64,000 bases of DNA from the human T2T-CHM13v2.0 reference genome, Homo sapiens. Every line of letters begins with the position of its first letter. Positions within the stretch are counted from its first letter, which is position 1. Under the pieces are notes generated by a model that ran no database searches, was not told the origin of the DNA, and was given only the letters and a program-made list of their open reading frames with translations. The DNA is taken from assembly GCF_009914755.1 (NCBI RefSeq), contig NC_060934.1, one strand, 5' to 3'. The translations under genes were made by a program, and so were the position numbers. Below are positions 12,900-30,754 of the stretch, piece by piece.

Positions 12900-13180
12900 G
12901 GCCGAATACAGTGGCGCAAACCTGTAATCCCAGAATTTTGGGAGGCCAAGGTGGAAGGATCACTTGAGCCCAGGGGTTTGAGACCAGCCTAGGTAACATG
13001 GAGAGATTCCATCTCTACAAAAGTTTTTTTTTTTATTTTTATTACAATTAGCTGGACATGGTGGTGTGCACCTGTAGTCCCAGCTACTGGAGAGGATCAC
13101 TTGAGTCCAGGCAGTCAAGAGGGCAGTGAGCTATGATCCTGGTGCTGCACGCCAGAGACCCTGTCTCTAAAAAACAGAAA
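12900..13180 (+). mobile_element. Internally deleted AluJ-like element
   Basis: Left arm intact, right arm shortened. Confidence 0.85.
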
Positions 13181-13595
13181 AATAAAAGGATGAATTTTAT
13201 GGTTTGTAAATTGTATCTCAATAAAAGAAAAACACAAACCAATACTAAGTATTCTACAAGGATACATACATACTTAAAGATATATCAATCAATATTGGAG
13301 TGGCTATCTGAAAGGGGAAGGGATGAGACTGGGGATTAGAATGGGGTAAGAGAGGCTTTTTATAGCCAATGATGCTAGTGTACCATCAACCATCAACTGA
13401 GGAAGATGATTAACTCAATTATCTGTGCCTGTGATAAAACTAACAAACACACACCAACAACAACAACTGAGGGTGGAGGAAGGGAAGAAAAAAGGAAAAG
13501 CATGTTTATAGTTTTAGTGAGGGAAAATATGCTATAATGAGGAGTTAAAAAAAAGTTAAGAATACTACAATGGTAAGAACATTGTAAGTGCAACT

Positions 13596-13899
13596 GGCCA
13601 GGCGCAGTGGCTCACACCTGTAATCCTAGCACTTTGGGAGGCTGAGGCAGGTGGATCACTTGAGGACAGGAGTTCGAGACCAGCCTGACCAACATGGTGA
13701 AACCCCGTCTCTACTAAAAATACAAAAAAAATTTAGCCAGGCATGGTGGTGCACGCCTTTAATCCCAGCTACTAGGGAGGCTGAGGTACTAGAATTGCTG
13801 GAACCTGGAGGCGGAGGTTTCAGTGAGTCAAGATCGTGCCTCTATACTCCAGCCTAGGCAACAGAGCGAGACTCTTGTCTCAAAAAAAAAAAAAAAAAA
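13596..13899 (+). mobile_element. Alu
   Basis: Full dimer with A-tail; TSD gaacatt(g/a)taagtgca. Confidence 0.95.
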
Positions 13900-14365
13900 G
13901 GAACATTATAAGTGCAGCTATGTAAAACGATGTGTGTAAACAAAAGTACAACAGATTGCTATAATGTAGTGTTGTGTAAAATAGTGTGGTGTATTGGCAG
14001 TGCCTTGGCCATTCATTGTATAATCTTGGACACCAGTGTACTTAATTTCTCTGTAGCTCAGCCTCCTCATGTAAAATGGAAATTATGATAACACCTAATT
14101 CCAAAGGTTCTTATGAGAATTAAATAAGTTAATTTATGCATGAAACATAGTGGCCTTTTGTAAAGGTTACCTGGTATTATCGTTTTCCTAACTTTTGGAA
14201 CTGTAGACCTTGGACTCAAACTATGTGTCCCATTGAGCTTCACTAGCCATTAATCATGTGACTTTCACAAAGTCACCTAATCTGAGCCTCAATTTTCTCA
14301 TCTATTGTGAGAATTAAGAGGGATAATGTACTTGGCACATGGCAAACACTCAATAAATGCTAACA

Positions 14366-14661
14366 GGCCAGGCACGGTGGCTCATGCCTGTAACCTAGCA
14401 CTTTGGGAGGCCGAGGTGGGCAGATCACTTGAGGTCAGGAGTTCGAGACCAGCCTGGCCAACATGGCGAAACCCCATCTCTACTAAAAATACAAAAATTA
14501 GCCAGGAGTGGTGGCGTGCTTCTGTAATCCCAGCTACTCAGGAAGCTGAGGCACAAAAATCGCTTGAACCCAGAGGCAAAGGTTGCAGTGAGTGGAGATC
14601 ACGCCACTGCACTGCAGCCTGGGCGATGGAGCAAGACCCTGCCTCAAAAAAAAAAAAAAAA
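14366..14661 (+). mobile_element. Alu
   Basis: Full dimer with A-tail; TSD includes gctaacag. Confidence 0.95.
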
Positions 14662-15109
14662 AGCTAACAGATTACATTATTAGGAATATTACTAATATAC
14701 TGTCATAGTTTTAAAGTACAAAAAAGGAATAGAAGATACAAAATTTAATAATTTTATGTTCTTCCTAATGTATAAATTCTTCCATTTTTATAACATCTAA
14801 TTTTTGTGGATAGAGTTCCCAGACCCTCTTCCCTAGATGATGGGTCCCATGCACCCTCAGGGCACTTTGAACAGCTCCTTCATGGCAATAATTAATTAAT
14901 TAGGCAGGTAGGTAATTTCCGGTTTATGTCTGTCTTCCTCAGGAGAATCTAAGCTCCAAGATGACAAAGATGGTGTCAGATATGCCCAATATCTAGCACA
15001 AGGCCTGGCACTTTGATGATTAACAAATATTTATGGAATGGATGAACAAGAAATGAAATAAACAAAAGCATTTTAACATGTACATTCTGAAATAGTATAG
15101 TCATGATAT

Positions 15110-15311
15110 TAAAAGTAAGTATTATTTCCTCCATCTCTCTGAGAAGCGAGGAAGTGCCCATCTTGTAAGCTAAGAAGACAGTAAACATTCAGATTCTGGG
15201 GAGCTATTTTTGGCAGCTCTTCCTTAGGAGAATCACACTGCCTGAACCTGTCCCCAGGAATCCTTTCAGTTACAGCAGAGCTCTGGAAACCCAGTACTTT
15301 TCCAGAACCTC
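15110..15311 (-). pseudogene. Pseudo-exon candidate (EVLEKYWVSRALL*...)
   Basis: Minus-strand acceptor ttttccttttactgaatag|GAG GTT CTG GAA AAG TAC TGG; resembles the L..YW.PRF helix ending RGS22/RGSL1-type RGS domains; 3' boundary uncertain. Confidence 0.45.
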
Positions 15312-16265
15312 CTATTCAGTAAAAGGAAAAGTACTCAGTCTCTCTAGATTATCTTCACACAGTGTACATTAGCCCTTACTCACTGACTCATGAAAGGGTA
15401 GGGAGCTTAAAACTGTCATTTCACGAATGAGGAAATGAGCCCAGAAAAGTAGATTGATTTTCCAAGCCTAACATTTGTTAATAATAGAGCTGGTGCAATT
15501 GGGAATAGGCTCATTCTTACAGTTCTCTCTCTTTCTCAATACATATGTAATACATATATATTTGATTTATTTAAATGACATTTATGAATGATTTTTTATT
15601 ACATTGGGGAAAAAGCCCTTGATGTGTTAAGTAGCAGGAGCTGACTAGAATTATGTATAATACATATTTAATTATAAAATATGTAACTATATGGAGAGCA
15701 CGTGTGTGTGTGTGTGTGTGTGCATGTATTTCTCCATTACTTATCTATGTAGAAAATGTAAAAAGTAGTATAAAAAATGTTAACAGTGTTTATCTCTAGT
15801 TGGTGGGTCATGGTGTATTTTTATTTATGTTCTTCTGCATTAAAATTTTTGTTAATAAGCATGTAATACTTTATAACCAGAAATTTCAGTTTTTTAATTC
15901 CTGCTCTAATATTTTTTAAACATTTTATTTCCGTCAGCTCTACCAGATAAAGGAAGCATCAAGCTAGGGTCCAAAGAAGTTTTACCAGTCATTTAACCTG
16001 ATCTGTAAAATGGGTATAATTATACCTACTTCCCAGGGCTCTTGTGTATATGGAATAATAAATAAGAAATTCCTTCATAACTTTAAAGCTTGTTAAAGAT
16101 GTTACGTGGTATTGTAATGATGATAATGTTCTGTGGTCTAAAAGAGCTGGGAAAGCCCTTAGGATAGCGGGTATCTTTGTGCTGAGGAGTTTAGGTTGGG
16201 AAGGGAAAGAAGTCTAAGTGTCAGGAGAGAAGTAAGCGCTTTTTTGCACTTAAGAAAAACAATCA

Positions 16266-16586
<321 letters not shown>

Positions 16587-16834
16587 TCATATGGTTGACC
16601 CCAGTTCTCTCCTTCCCTTATACTTCGAATAAATGCCTCAATGTTCCCTCATAAGATTAAACCTCCCTTCTGTCTCTTAAGTAGCCCATGCAAAAAGCAG
16701 CTTATAGTGGACAGGATCTAGTGTATTCTGAGACAATGGCATGTCACAAATGCCACGGAAAATGAGATTTCACACATAGGGATGATTTTACACTAAACCC
16801 AGGTGCCAAGGGTGGTATGTAAAATAACTCTTCC

Positions 16835-17123
16835 TTTTTAATTTATTAATTATTTTTAGAGACAAGGTTTCATGCTGTTGCCCAGGCTGGAGTGCAGTGA
16901 TGCGATTATAGCTCACTGCAGCTTCGAATTCCTGGGCTCAAGTGATCCTCTTGCTGCAGCCTCCCAAGTAGATGAAACTACAGGCATGTGTCGCCATGCC
17001 TGGCTAATTTTTTTTAATTTTTAATTTTTTAGAGACAGGGCCTCCCTACATTGTTCCGGCTGGTCTCTAACTCCTGGCCTCAAGAGATCCTCCCACTTCA
17101 GCCTACCAAGTAGTTAGGATTAC
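16835..17123 (-). mobile_element. Alu (AluJ-like)
   Basis: Diverged reverse-complement dimer. Confidence 0.9.
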
Positions 17124-17149
17124 TATATTTTAAAATGTAATACAGACTT

Positions 17150-18535
<1,386 letters not shown>

Positions 18536-19039
18536 TTATACATAAATACTTTTAACACAAATGGTAGCATATTATACTTGCTGTTCTGCACCTTACTTTG
18601 TTTCTACAATTACTTTGGAGATTTTTTTCCGTATCACATATACAACAGATCCACCGCATTATTTTTTATTGCCGCATAGTATTCCATTGCACAGTGGTTT
18701 CACTTATTTCAACAGTTTCTTATTGATGGACATTCGGATCTTAACTAAGAATTGAACTTAAATAATCCAGAAATGTTTACAATAATGAAAGGTCGGCTGG
18801 AGTTGAGGCTAAAAGTTTTCACATATTCAAGACTTGACTCCAGAATATTCTTTTGACCAGAAGGGGGAATGCAAGTGGCAGGAGAAGCGAAAAGCTGGGA
18901 AATTTCCCGGGCCAATGGGGAAGCAGTGGAGCCGGCAGGGAATTACTGCCGGGTAGGAGTTCGCAGAGGAGCACCTTACTTTTGGAGTAGGAGGCCATGC
19001 TGCAAACCCAGACTTTTCAGGCTGCATCTCAGATATACC

Positions 19040-20847
<1,808 letters not shown>

Positions 20848-21462
20848 TAGTCTATCTTCTCCCCCAACTCCTATCCCCTTCAAAGGTATTATCCTTTCCT
20901 AACCACGTGAGGCTCTAGGTACCCAAAGCAATTTCTCTCCTATGGTACTAAAAACCCAAGGAAGACTCTACCTCTTGGCTCCCTGGCTATTTTCATCTCA
21001 CTTCTGCCTCACTTCTTGCTCCTGATTGAGCCCCAGGCCTCTTTCCTCTCTACTTGATTCACAAGATGCACCATATTCCTTATTTGTTCCATTCTACCAG
21101 GTTTTTCCAAGGCCTACCAAATGTCAGATACTGTGTAGGTGGGAGATAGCCCTTGAAGGTCATTGCATAGCTCCCCACCTATTACAGGAGACACCTCTGC
21201 AGGTTCCCATACAAGCAGCCTTTGCTTTAAACTCCTCCCAGGGCCGAAAGCTCACTATTTACAGAGCAAACTAATTCCATTGCTGGACAGCTCCAGTGGC
21301 TGACAATGTTTCCTCATATAGAGCAGAATTTGTGTCTCCAAATCCTTCTACCTCTTCTGCCTTTTGAATCATGTAGACTAAACCCAGACACCTTAGACGT
21401 TCTTCCCCATACTTAATTTCCCATCAGGTATTGATTGCACACATATCAAGTACTCAGGTCCA

Positions 21463-21598
21463 GGGCCGGGCGCGGCGGCTCATGCTTCTAATCCCAGCAC
21501 TTTGGGAAGCTGAGGCGGGAGGATTACTCGAGCCCAGGAGTTCAAAGCTGCAATGAGCTGTAATCCCACCACTGTACAAAAGAGCAAGACCCTGTCTT
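21463..21598 (+). mobile_element. Alu monomer (FLAM-like) or deleted Alu
   Basis: ggccgggcgcggcggctcatgc...agagcaagaccctgtct; flanked by aagtactcaggt direct repeat. Confidence 0.8.
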
Positions 21599-22834
21599 TG
21601 CCCGGGGGGGAGGGAAGTACTCAGGTTGGGGGTTAAAAGTTGACTAAGGCAGTAGGATCCTTGTAAGTCTGGGAACTGTGGTCCTGTGAAATAGGATAGA
21701 TCTGGACCTGAAGAAATATTCTGGGTAGAGGAGATCCTAGAAAACTTGCATACCCAAATGAGTGGGGTTTCCTTCAGCGCAGTCACCATCTTCCAACTCT
21801 CCTCCCCAAACTCAAGCTTGATGTCATGCTTATAACATGTTTACTTCATGTCTGAGTTTGTCTTCAGAAAGTGCCTTCTGGTGACTACAAATTCACTCAA
21901 GAAAAATCAGCCTGGATACATTAGAGTCACCCCTCTTGGCATTACACAGTTTGACCGCCCCCCTAGTTCACCAGATTTGGCCCAGAACCCTTGATTGTTT
22001 TTTAAAATCAAATCTACTTTCAAGAGTCAACACTGAGAGCATTCAAAAGACTATCTCACAAACCCTGAAAGCAACACCAGACATCATAATTTGAAAACAG
22101 GGACATAATTAGAATAAGTGTAGAACTTCCCAGAATGACTCCTTTGAAGGAGGCATTCATCTGATATGAGTTGGAATGTTTATTAAAAACAAAAACCAAA
22201 AAAATCAATCCCTTGACTTCAGATTCAGCCTTCAGATATAGCTTCCTAATGGCTAGCAGTACTCTCATTTAACTGCATTTTGTATAAATTTTTTGTCAAA
22301 AATTTAATGTCATGATAATTTGAGCCCGAGGCTGCAGTGAGCTATGACTGTGCCACTGAACTCTAGCCTGGGTAACAGAGCAAGACCCTGTCTCAAAAAA
22401 GAAAGAAAGAGAGAGAGAGGAAGGGAAGGAGGGAGGGAGGGAGGGAAGGGAAAATTCAATCTCACTACTTTAACATCATAAATAATCTTTAGAACTTTGA
22501 ATACAAACAAATCTGGGGTCTTTTTCCTGCCACAATTTTTGAAATCATATTAAATATTAAAATGTAGCCTGGAAGGGGGGAAAAAGGTCTAAAAGCTACT
22601 TTCAGTCTCAGATTTGAGAGAACAGCCCTAGACTTTGTGTTGGTATGATGAGAAGGGAGAGAAATGTATATATGGCAGCTATTTTAGTCCATTTTCGGTT
22701 GCTGTCTCACCCTGTTCAGTCCATCTCGCCTTAATCCTTGCATTCATAGTTCCCACTGCAACTTGAGGTTCATCTATCCACTCTTAGAATTATGCTTACA
22801 TTTTGTATATCTTACAGAAGTAGGGTCTTAGATC

Positions 22835-23115
22835 TGGGCATTGGGTGGCATAAACCACAGAAATTTATTTCCTCAAAGATCTGGGGGCTAGCAGTCCAAG
22901 ATCAAGGTGTCTGGCAGGTTTGGTTCCTTCTGAGGCGTCTCTCCTTGGCTTGCAGTCACCACCTTCTAACTGTGTCCTGACATGGTATTTCCTCTGTATG
23001 CATGCATCCCTGGTGTCTCCTTGTGTGTCCAAATTTTCTCTTCTAACAAGGACACCAGTCAGATTGGATTAGAGCCCACCCTAATGGCCTCATTTTAACT
23101 CAGTCACCTCTTAAA
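22835..23115 (-). mobile_element. MLT1A-family MaLR LTR
   Basis: taaaccacagaaatttatttcctca...gtccaagatcaaggtgtc...ggacaccagtcagattggattagagcccacccta. Confidence 0.8.
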
Positions 23116-23215
23116 ACTGATAGTTAAGATACAGAGCAGTTAAGATAGTGTCTCATTATCATGTGCTGGCAGAAGATGTTTTAAATGAAACTCCTGTGAA
23201 CTCATTCATTCATTT

Positions 23216-23523
23216 GTTTAGGTTTGTTTGTTTGTTTGTTTGAGACAGAGTTTCACTCTGTCGCCCAGGCTGGAATGCAGTGGTGCCATCTTGGCTCACT
23301 ACAAACTCTGTCTCCTGGGTTCAAGTGATTCTTCTGCCTCAGCCTCCCAAGTAGCTGTGATTACAGGAGTGCACCAACACGCCTGGCTAATTTTTGTATT
23401 TTTAGTAGAGACAGGGTTTCACCATGTTGGCCAAGCTGGTCTCGAACTCCCGACCTCAGGTGATCCACCTGCCTTGGCCTCCCAAAGTGCTGAGATTACA
23501 GGCATGAGCCACTGCACTTGGCC
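23216..23523 (-). mobile_element. Alu
   Basis: (TTTG)n tail plus reverse-complement dimer. Confidence 0.95.
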
Positions 23524-23884
23524 TCATTTAGTATTTTTTAAACATCTATACAGTTTTAGGCAACAAGGGAGACAGGAAGACTGTCCTCAGGAGGTTAGCA
23601 ATATACAGGGCATAATGAGCAGTCTTTCGAAGCAGGAATTGTCATATCAACTCTTATATCCCCAGCACCTTACACACTGCCTTGTAAATAGTAAGCTGTT
23701 CCAAAAAGTTGATATTGATCTGAAATGAATCCCTGTGCAGAATTTCTAAACCTGGTCGAAAAAAGCTCCTTTAGTGTTCTATTAATAGCTACTTTGTATT
23801 TAGGTGGAGCACTAAAGAGAAGCAAGCCATTACAGAGAATACTATACCAAGGAAGATATTTCCACTTCCTTTCATAGCCTTGCT

Positions 23885-24047
23885 ACTTCCTCAAAGTAAG
23901 GTCCGTGAAACAGCAGCATGAGTCTCACCTGGGAACTTATTAGAAATGCAGAATTTTATGCCTCACCCTAAATCCACTGAATGAAAATCTGCATTTTAGC
24001 AAGCTGCCAGGTGGCTCCTATGTAACATTAAAGTTTGAGAAGCATTG
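23885..24047. mobile_element. MER5A-like hAT transposon
   Basis: cagcagcat...cacctgggaacttattagaaatgcaga...gtttgagaagcattg. Confidence 0.75.
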
Positions 24048-24249
24048 CCTTCAGAGACCCCTTATTAACAGTGTTTGGTAGATCTACTTAAGATAGAATA
24101 TAAGACATAATGAACAAGGTGGATGTTCTCAGGCTGCAAGCCATATAACATAGTGGTCATTTTCTTTAGGAGTTATACATTTGCACCATAGGTTAGGAGG
24201 TGAAAGCTGGGTTGAACTGCTTTCCTTTACCTTTAAAAATAACGTTTTT

Positions 24250-24557
24250 GGCTGGGCGCAGTGGCTCACGCCTGTAATCCCAGCATTTTGGGAGGGCGAG
24301 GTGGGTGGATCACCTGAGGTCAGGAGTTCGTGACCAGCTTGGCCAACATGGTGAAACCCCATCTCTACTAAAAATACAAAAATTAGCCAGGTGTGGTGGC
24401 ACACACCTGTAATCCCAGCTAATTGGGAGGCTGAGACAGGAGAATTGCTGAGACAGGAGGCGGAGGTTGCAGTGAGCTGAGATCGCACCACTGTACTCCA
24501 GCCTGGGTGACAGAGCAAGACTCTGTCTCAAAATAAATAAATAAATAAGAAAAAAAT
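24250..24557 (+). mobile_element. Alu
   Basis: Full dimer with (AAAT)n tail. Confidence 0.95.
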
Positions 24558-25569
24558 AATTTTTAAAGCTGGTCTTTAATAGCTCTTCCATTTTCCTTAC
24601 TTCCTTGCTTCTCAAGTAACGTAACCACCAACAAATCCCTTCGAAGGTAGAAGAGGAAAATGACGATATTAATAGGAGCCACAGTTACCATTAATTGAGC
24701 ACCAACAGTTCTTCCAGGCACCATGCCAGGCCCTTTACATACTCAGAACAACCCTCCTGGGTAGATGTCATTAACTACATTTTACAGATGAAGAAACTAA
24801 AGCTCGGATCAATAACATGACTTGTACAACTTTCCATAACTAATAACTGACTGAACTGTGATGTGAACTACATCTGTAGGACCCGAAAGCCTGTTCTTTC
24901 CCTGCTACACCTGTCTTATTCCTTCCTCCATCCTGGAATTCCTGCCACCCACAGGGTTCAAAGGTAGCCTTTTCACCTCTGATTGCTGCCCATGGCTGAT
25001 TCACCTCCAGTTTCTGCAGGTTAGTAATGTAGCTTTATAATTACAGTAATTGCTAACATGCATATTGCACTTGATAAAACATTTCTATATACCTTCTCTT
25101 GTCCAATCTTAAACAACTCTGCAGTTACAGGTGATGATATGGGATTTTATCTTTTTACTTCTTATGAGTTGCAAGTCTTTAGAAGTGGGGAAGAGGAAAA
25201 TGGTCTTTCACACTAGAGTGTGAGGTTTACAAAAGGGAACAATATTTCTCACCACTGGACTGTAAGTTCCTTGAGGACAGAGAATGAATCTTACTTATTT
25301 TGTATTCTCAGGACAAGTATAGTGACCGCCATGGCTAGGGGATGTATAACCATTTATTGAATAAATGGTTTTAAATACCTAACTTCTATATTTCTATGTT
25401 TGAGTGAGGTGAACCCTAAGTACGGAATAATTAATGTTGTTCCTTGATCCCAGCAAATCTCTCCTCTTCCTCTTCATGGGCCTCTGTCCCCAGTAAGTGG
25501 CACCACTTGTCCCTTTAGTCTCCCAGACTAGAAAGCTTTCCTTTGCATTCACCTCATCCTATTAATCAT

Positions 25570-25940
25570 TGTCGTCTGCACAGGCTGTCATTAGAAAATA
25601 GCATAGACTGGTGACCTAAACAACAGAAATTTATTTTCTCGCAATTCAAGGCTTTGACATCCAAGATCAAGGTTTTGGCCAACTCAGTTTCTGGTGAGGA
25701 CGTTCTTCCTGGCTTGCATGTGGGTGCCTTCTCTCCATGGCCTTTCCTCAGTGCCTGTCCACAGACAGCAAGAGGCTCTGGTCCTCTCTTCTTAGAAAGA
25801 CATCAATCCTGTTGGATTAGGGCCCACCCTTATGCCATCATTTAATCTTAACTACTATACTTCCTTAGAGGCCTCTCTGGGTGTCGTTAGGGCTTCAACA
25901 TATGAATTTTGTGGGAAGACAAACATTCAGTCCATAACAA
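25570..25940 (-). mobile_element. MLT1A-family MaLR LTR
   Basis: taaacaacagaaatttattttctc...ccaagatcaagg...ggattagggcccaccctt...acattcagtccataaca. Confidence 0.8.
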
Positions 25941-25987
25941 TCACCAAAGCTGGCCAAATAATTGGATGCCAATATTGCATCCAACTG

Positions 25988-26372
25988 CAGTCATGTCATT
26001 TTGGTCAATGATGGACTGCATGTATGATGGTGATCCCATAAGATTACATTGGAGCTGGAAAATTCCTGTCACCTAGTGATGTCCTAGCAGTCATAACACC
26101 TAACATCGTCCTAAGGCAACACATTACCTTTACTATGTTTAGATACGCAAATACTTACCATTGTGTTACAATTACCTACAGTATTTGGCACAGTAACATG
26201 CTCTACAGGTTTGTAGCCTAGGAGCAATAGATTATAACATATAGCCTATGTGTGTAGTACACTATATCCTCTAGGTTTTGTGTGACTACATTCTATGATG
26301 TTCACACAATCATGAAATTGCCTAGCAATGAATTTCTCAGAGAGTGTCTCCATAGTTAAGCAGTGCATGACG
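25988..26372. mobile_element. Tigger3/MER7-type non-autonomous DNA transposon
   Basis: cagtcatg...ggtcaatgatggactgcat...ttaagcagtgcatgacg termini; ccattgtgttacaattacctacagtatt core. Confidence 0.8.
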
Positions 26373-26563
26373 ATTTCTTAAATCTGTACATAATTTAATC
26401 CACTATTTGTTCCACTTAGGTTATTCACTGATTTTATTCAACAAATAGTTGTGTTGGCACAGTGGAGAACATCATCAACATAGTCCTTGTCTCCATAGAG
26501 CTTCACTCTAATACAGGAAACAGAAATTAAACGAACAGGATAGTGATTAAGAACATAAGATTT

Positions 26564-26827
26564 GGCCAGGCGTGGTAGCTCACTCCTGTAATCCGAGCAC
26601 TTTGGGAGGCCGAGGCAGGTGGATCATTTGAGGTCAGGAGTTAGAGACCAGCCTGGCCAACACAGTGAAACCCCGTCTCTACTAAAAATACAAAAATTAG
26701 CCGGGCAGTAATGGTGCACACCTGTAATTCCAGTTACTCAGGAGGCTGAGGCAGGGAGGTTGCAGTAAGCCAAGATCATGCCACTGAACTCCAGTGGCAA
26801 CAGAATGAGACCCTGTCTCAAAAAAAG
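26564..26827 (+). mobile_element. Alu
   Basis: Dimer with small right-arm deletions; TSD aagaacataaga. Confidence 0.93.
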
Positions 26828-28174
26828 AACATAAGACTTACTAGAATGCCTGGGTTGATACTGGCCCTGGGCAAATTACTTAACTGTTTATGTCTGTTTC
26901 ATTAGCTGTAAAATGAAAATAATACTAATATTTACTCATAAGATTGTGTGAAATATTAAGACTATCGCATTATGCTTACTTACTACCTGTCATGTAAGTA
27001 CTAAGTAGATGTTAGCTATGATTATTAAATATAAACACAAGTCTATTACTCATTTATGCAAATGCCTCCTAAGAAGTTACACTTTTTCACATTTTTGTCT
27101 CCCTCAAATTCGTTCTCTCTAGTGCCACTAAAATAATCTCCAGTAATGTCACTGCTTAAAACCCTTCAGCAGCTCCCCGCTGCCTACGGGAGAGAGGCTA
27201 AGCTGGTAAGGCTGCCAGCAATGCACTCATGACCTGCTTCTTGCCCTCCCCTCCAGCCTCATCGCTCACCACTCCCTGCCACAGCTTTACCCTCCAGCAA
27301 TGCTGAAGTCTGTGGTGCACTGTGCTATTCTTGCCTTTGTCCCTTTATTCACAGTGCACTTCTGTCAGGAATATGCTTTGCCTGACTAATTCATTGCCAG
27401 CTCTTTGACACTCAGCTCAGGGGCCTCCTCCTCTGGGAGACTTCTCCTGTAAACCCCAAAATACAAAAATAGATTTTTTGGCCAGCTTCATTGTTTTATG
27501 TGCATATCTCAATCATTGAACTAACAAGCTGTACTACCAGTGTTTGTTTATAAGTGCCTCCCACCCATATAATGAGCATCTCCAGGGCAAAACTGTCTTA
27601 TCTGTCTTTGTAGCTCCAGCAGCTAACGATGCATATGACACATAGTAAATTTTCAATGAATGTTTGTTTAAGGACTGAATGGATGACTTAAGGAGTTAAA
27701 CTTTAATATAATGGAAGAGATCTGCAGAGCACTAGAAAATGAATTAAATCATTTTGGACTATGCAGCAGAACAAATCAAACTTATAAGTTTGTTAGTGTT
27801 AGAAGAAAAGTGTTGCATCTATTGTTTCTCAGCTTCTTTAGGTACATCTATTAATATTTATTACAACAATTTCTTTTCACATGTAAAGCACTGTGCTAAG
27901 AGTTAGGGGTATGAGATAAAATCTCTGTTCCCAAAGAGCCTAAAGCATAGTGGATGAATAGCACTTCCCTTTGCAAAGCTAGAAGGCAAGCTGGACACTC
28001 ACCTTTCCCATGACTTCCAGTGACCTTGAATTTACAAGTCATGTCTCAGTATATAAGTACAGGATATGGGTAAGACAGACCTTGGTACATAAAGCATTAA
28101 AATGAAAGTGCTATACTAGAAATGCAAAAATGCAATGGGAACATGGAGGATACAATAACTATGACTAGGTGGCA

Positions 28175-28456
28175 TTTTTTTTTTTTTTTTTTGAGATGGA
28201 GTCTCACTTTGTCGCCCAGGCTGGAGTGCAGTGGTGTGATCTCGCCTCCCAGGTTCAAGCGATTCTCCTGCCTCAGCCTCCCAAGTAGCTGGGACTACAG
28301 GCATGTGCCACCATGCCCGGCTAAATTTTTGTATTTTAGTAGAGACGAGGTTTCACCGTGTTGCCCGGGGTGGTCTCGAACTCCTGAGCTCAGGCAATCC
28401 GCCAACCTCGGCCTCCCAAAGTGCTAGGATTACAGGTGTGAGCCATTGCACCCAGT
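28175..28456 (-). mobile_element. Alu
   Basis: Poly-T plus reverse-complement dimer. Confidence 0.95.
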
Positions 28457-29271
28457 CATATTTTGCTTTTATAAATTTTTTACTGAAGTTTATGTTTCTA
28501 TAATTTATACAGAAAAAAATTTAAATATAGAATAGTAGAAAAAAGAAGTATGAAAATCATATGAGGATAATCATCCCACTATCCTGAAATAGTAACTCAA
28601 TATTTTGTCATATTAAAAATATATTGCACATAATAACAATCTTAATGAAATTCTTAAAAAGAAAACAAAAGGAAAAGCCCATTGTCCTGCCATCAAGCAC
28701 AAATCAAATGTCCCATTCTAATCTTAAGAGTGATTTTCTTATAGGGTGGTATTTTTGCTATAGTTTCCTCAGGGTTGAGTGCTATAATTTGGGAAGACTA
28801 ATTTTAAAAATGGAGCCGTAGAGATTTATCATACTTCTTAAATTTACTACTCTATTATTGGATTGCTTTTAGGAGACACTGAGTTCTGTATAGACAACAG
28901 GGGAAAGGAATAAAGCTTTGTTCTGAAGTCAAAGCTTCTGAGTAATACAGCACTGACTGACATTTAACTCAATTAAACAATTCAGCTTTGCTGGGCTAGT
29001 AACACCATCTTTGCAAACAAAAAAGCACAACCCACGTATGCTAGGCTGCTCCACCTGTACACTAGCATGGCTGTAACACAGCCTACTGCACAATCCATAC
29101 TCAGTCTTTGCTTATTCATTGATTCATTCAGTAAACATTTTTTGAATTCCTGCTTTGGGCCAGGCATTACACTAGACTCTGGGAATACAGTGGTGAGCTA
29201 GGCAGACATTATGGAGCTAAAAATATCCTCTTCCATCTTTGGTCTTCCTGCAAGTGGTCTGTTGCCCAAAG

Positions 29272-29598
29272 CAGGGGTCCCTAACCCCCAGACTGCAGAA
29301 TGGTACCAGTTTGTGGCCTGGTAGGAACTGGGCCACACAGTGGAAGGTGAGCAGTGGGCAAGCATTACTGTCTGAGCCCCACCTCCTGTCAGATCAGCTG
29401 GGGCATTAGGAGCGAGAACCCTATTGTGAACTGCATATGCAAGGAATCTAGGTTGCGTGCTCCTTGTGAGAATCTAATGCCTGATGATCTGAGGTGGAAC
29501 AGTTCCATCCCCAAACCATGCCCCCTCCCACCCTAGTTCATGGAAAAATCATCTTCCACAAAAGCTGTCCCTGGTGCCAGAAAGGTTGGGGACCTCTG
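29272..29598 (+). mobile_element. MER1-type hAT-Charlie non-autonomous transposon
   Basis: TIRs caggggtccctaacc ... ggttggggacctctg; 8-bp TSD gcccaaag/gcctaaag. Confidence 0.88.
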
Positions 29599-30570
29599 GC
29601 CTAAAGTATTCCAACCAGCCAGTAAGTGTTCCTGGCCCAGACACACAATGTGACCTTTTCACTGCAGAATAATCTAGTCCAAAATGCCAGTGGTTTACTT
29701 TACACTCCAAATGCTGACCGTAGCTATTTTTGCAGGAAGAATAACCATTCCATTGCTTAATTCTATACCTGCCAAAACATTAGTGCTATATTCTTTGTCT
29801 TCCATAAAAGAAAATAAATTTTTTCATTCACAGTTACATTTCACTGTTATAAATAGATGTATTACGTTTTTAAAATGTGTTAAATGTTGCTAAATAATAA
29901 TTAGTAAAATTTGTAATGAGATGCTTACTTTCTAAACAATAGAGCAAACAGTAAACCAAGTGTAGTCCATTGTATATAGAGAGAAAGAATGAAAGGAAAT
30001 GAAAAAGTGAGAATAATATTCAAGATGATAAACTTGTGGGGTTTTTTTCCTTTAAACATTTTCATTGTGATTGTTATAATGTTGTTATGTTCATTTTTTT
30101 CCAGCCTGGCAAAAGAAATGCCAGGTAACAATAGAATCTGAACTGGAAGGGGCACTGAAAAAACCTGTGAGAGAATCTCATTCACACTTTTTTCAGATTT
30201 AGTTATCTTTCCCGGGCCATACCAGCCTTCACTGTCAAACCTGTCTTTTTATCTAACTAAATCCCACAGGCTGCAGTTAAATTCCATTTTTTCCATTTAT
30301 CATCCTTTGTGAGTATTCTTTTATTTGAAGAATATCATAGCTCATCTCAATTCGATTTTTTAGCTACCAAATACATTTGATTGTGTTTCTCGCTCCCTTA
30401 AAGCATTTGGGTGTCTCCAAGGAAGGTCTGTGGGTTTTCCTAGTAGTACTGTCTTAAAACGAGTTCCTTCTAGGCCCATGTTTGGGGATTCTGGGACCTT
30501 CAATAACAGCTCTAAATTCTCTTTTTATTTGCTACTGTTATATTCCTTTTCAAAATGGGATTCTCCTCAA

Positions 30571-30754
30571 TTCTTTTCTTTCTTTCTCTCTCTTCCCTCC
30601 TTCATTCCCTCCCTCCCTCCCTCTCTCTTCTTTCTTTCTTTCTCTCTCTCTTTCCTTCTTTCTTTTCTTTCTTTCTTACTTTCTCTTTCTTTCTTTCTTT
30701 TCTTTTCTTTTCTTTCTCTTTCTCTTTCTCTCCTTCCCCGCTTCCTTCCTTCCT

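Noticed and set aside
14171-14200. 30-nt minus-strand mini-exon candidate (cag|...CAG|GTAACC)
   Set aside because: Lies between MIR fragments and its open frame is phase-incompatible with the 12139 exon.
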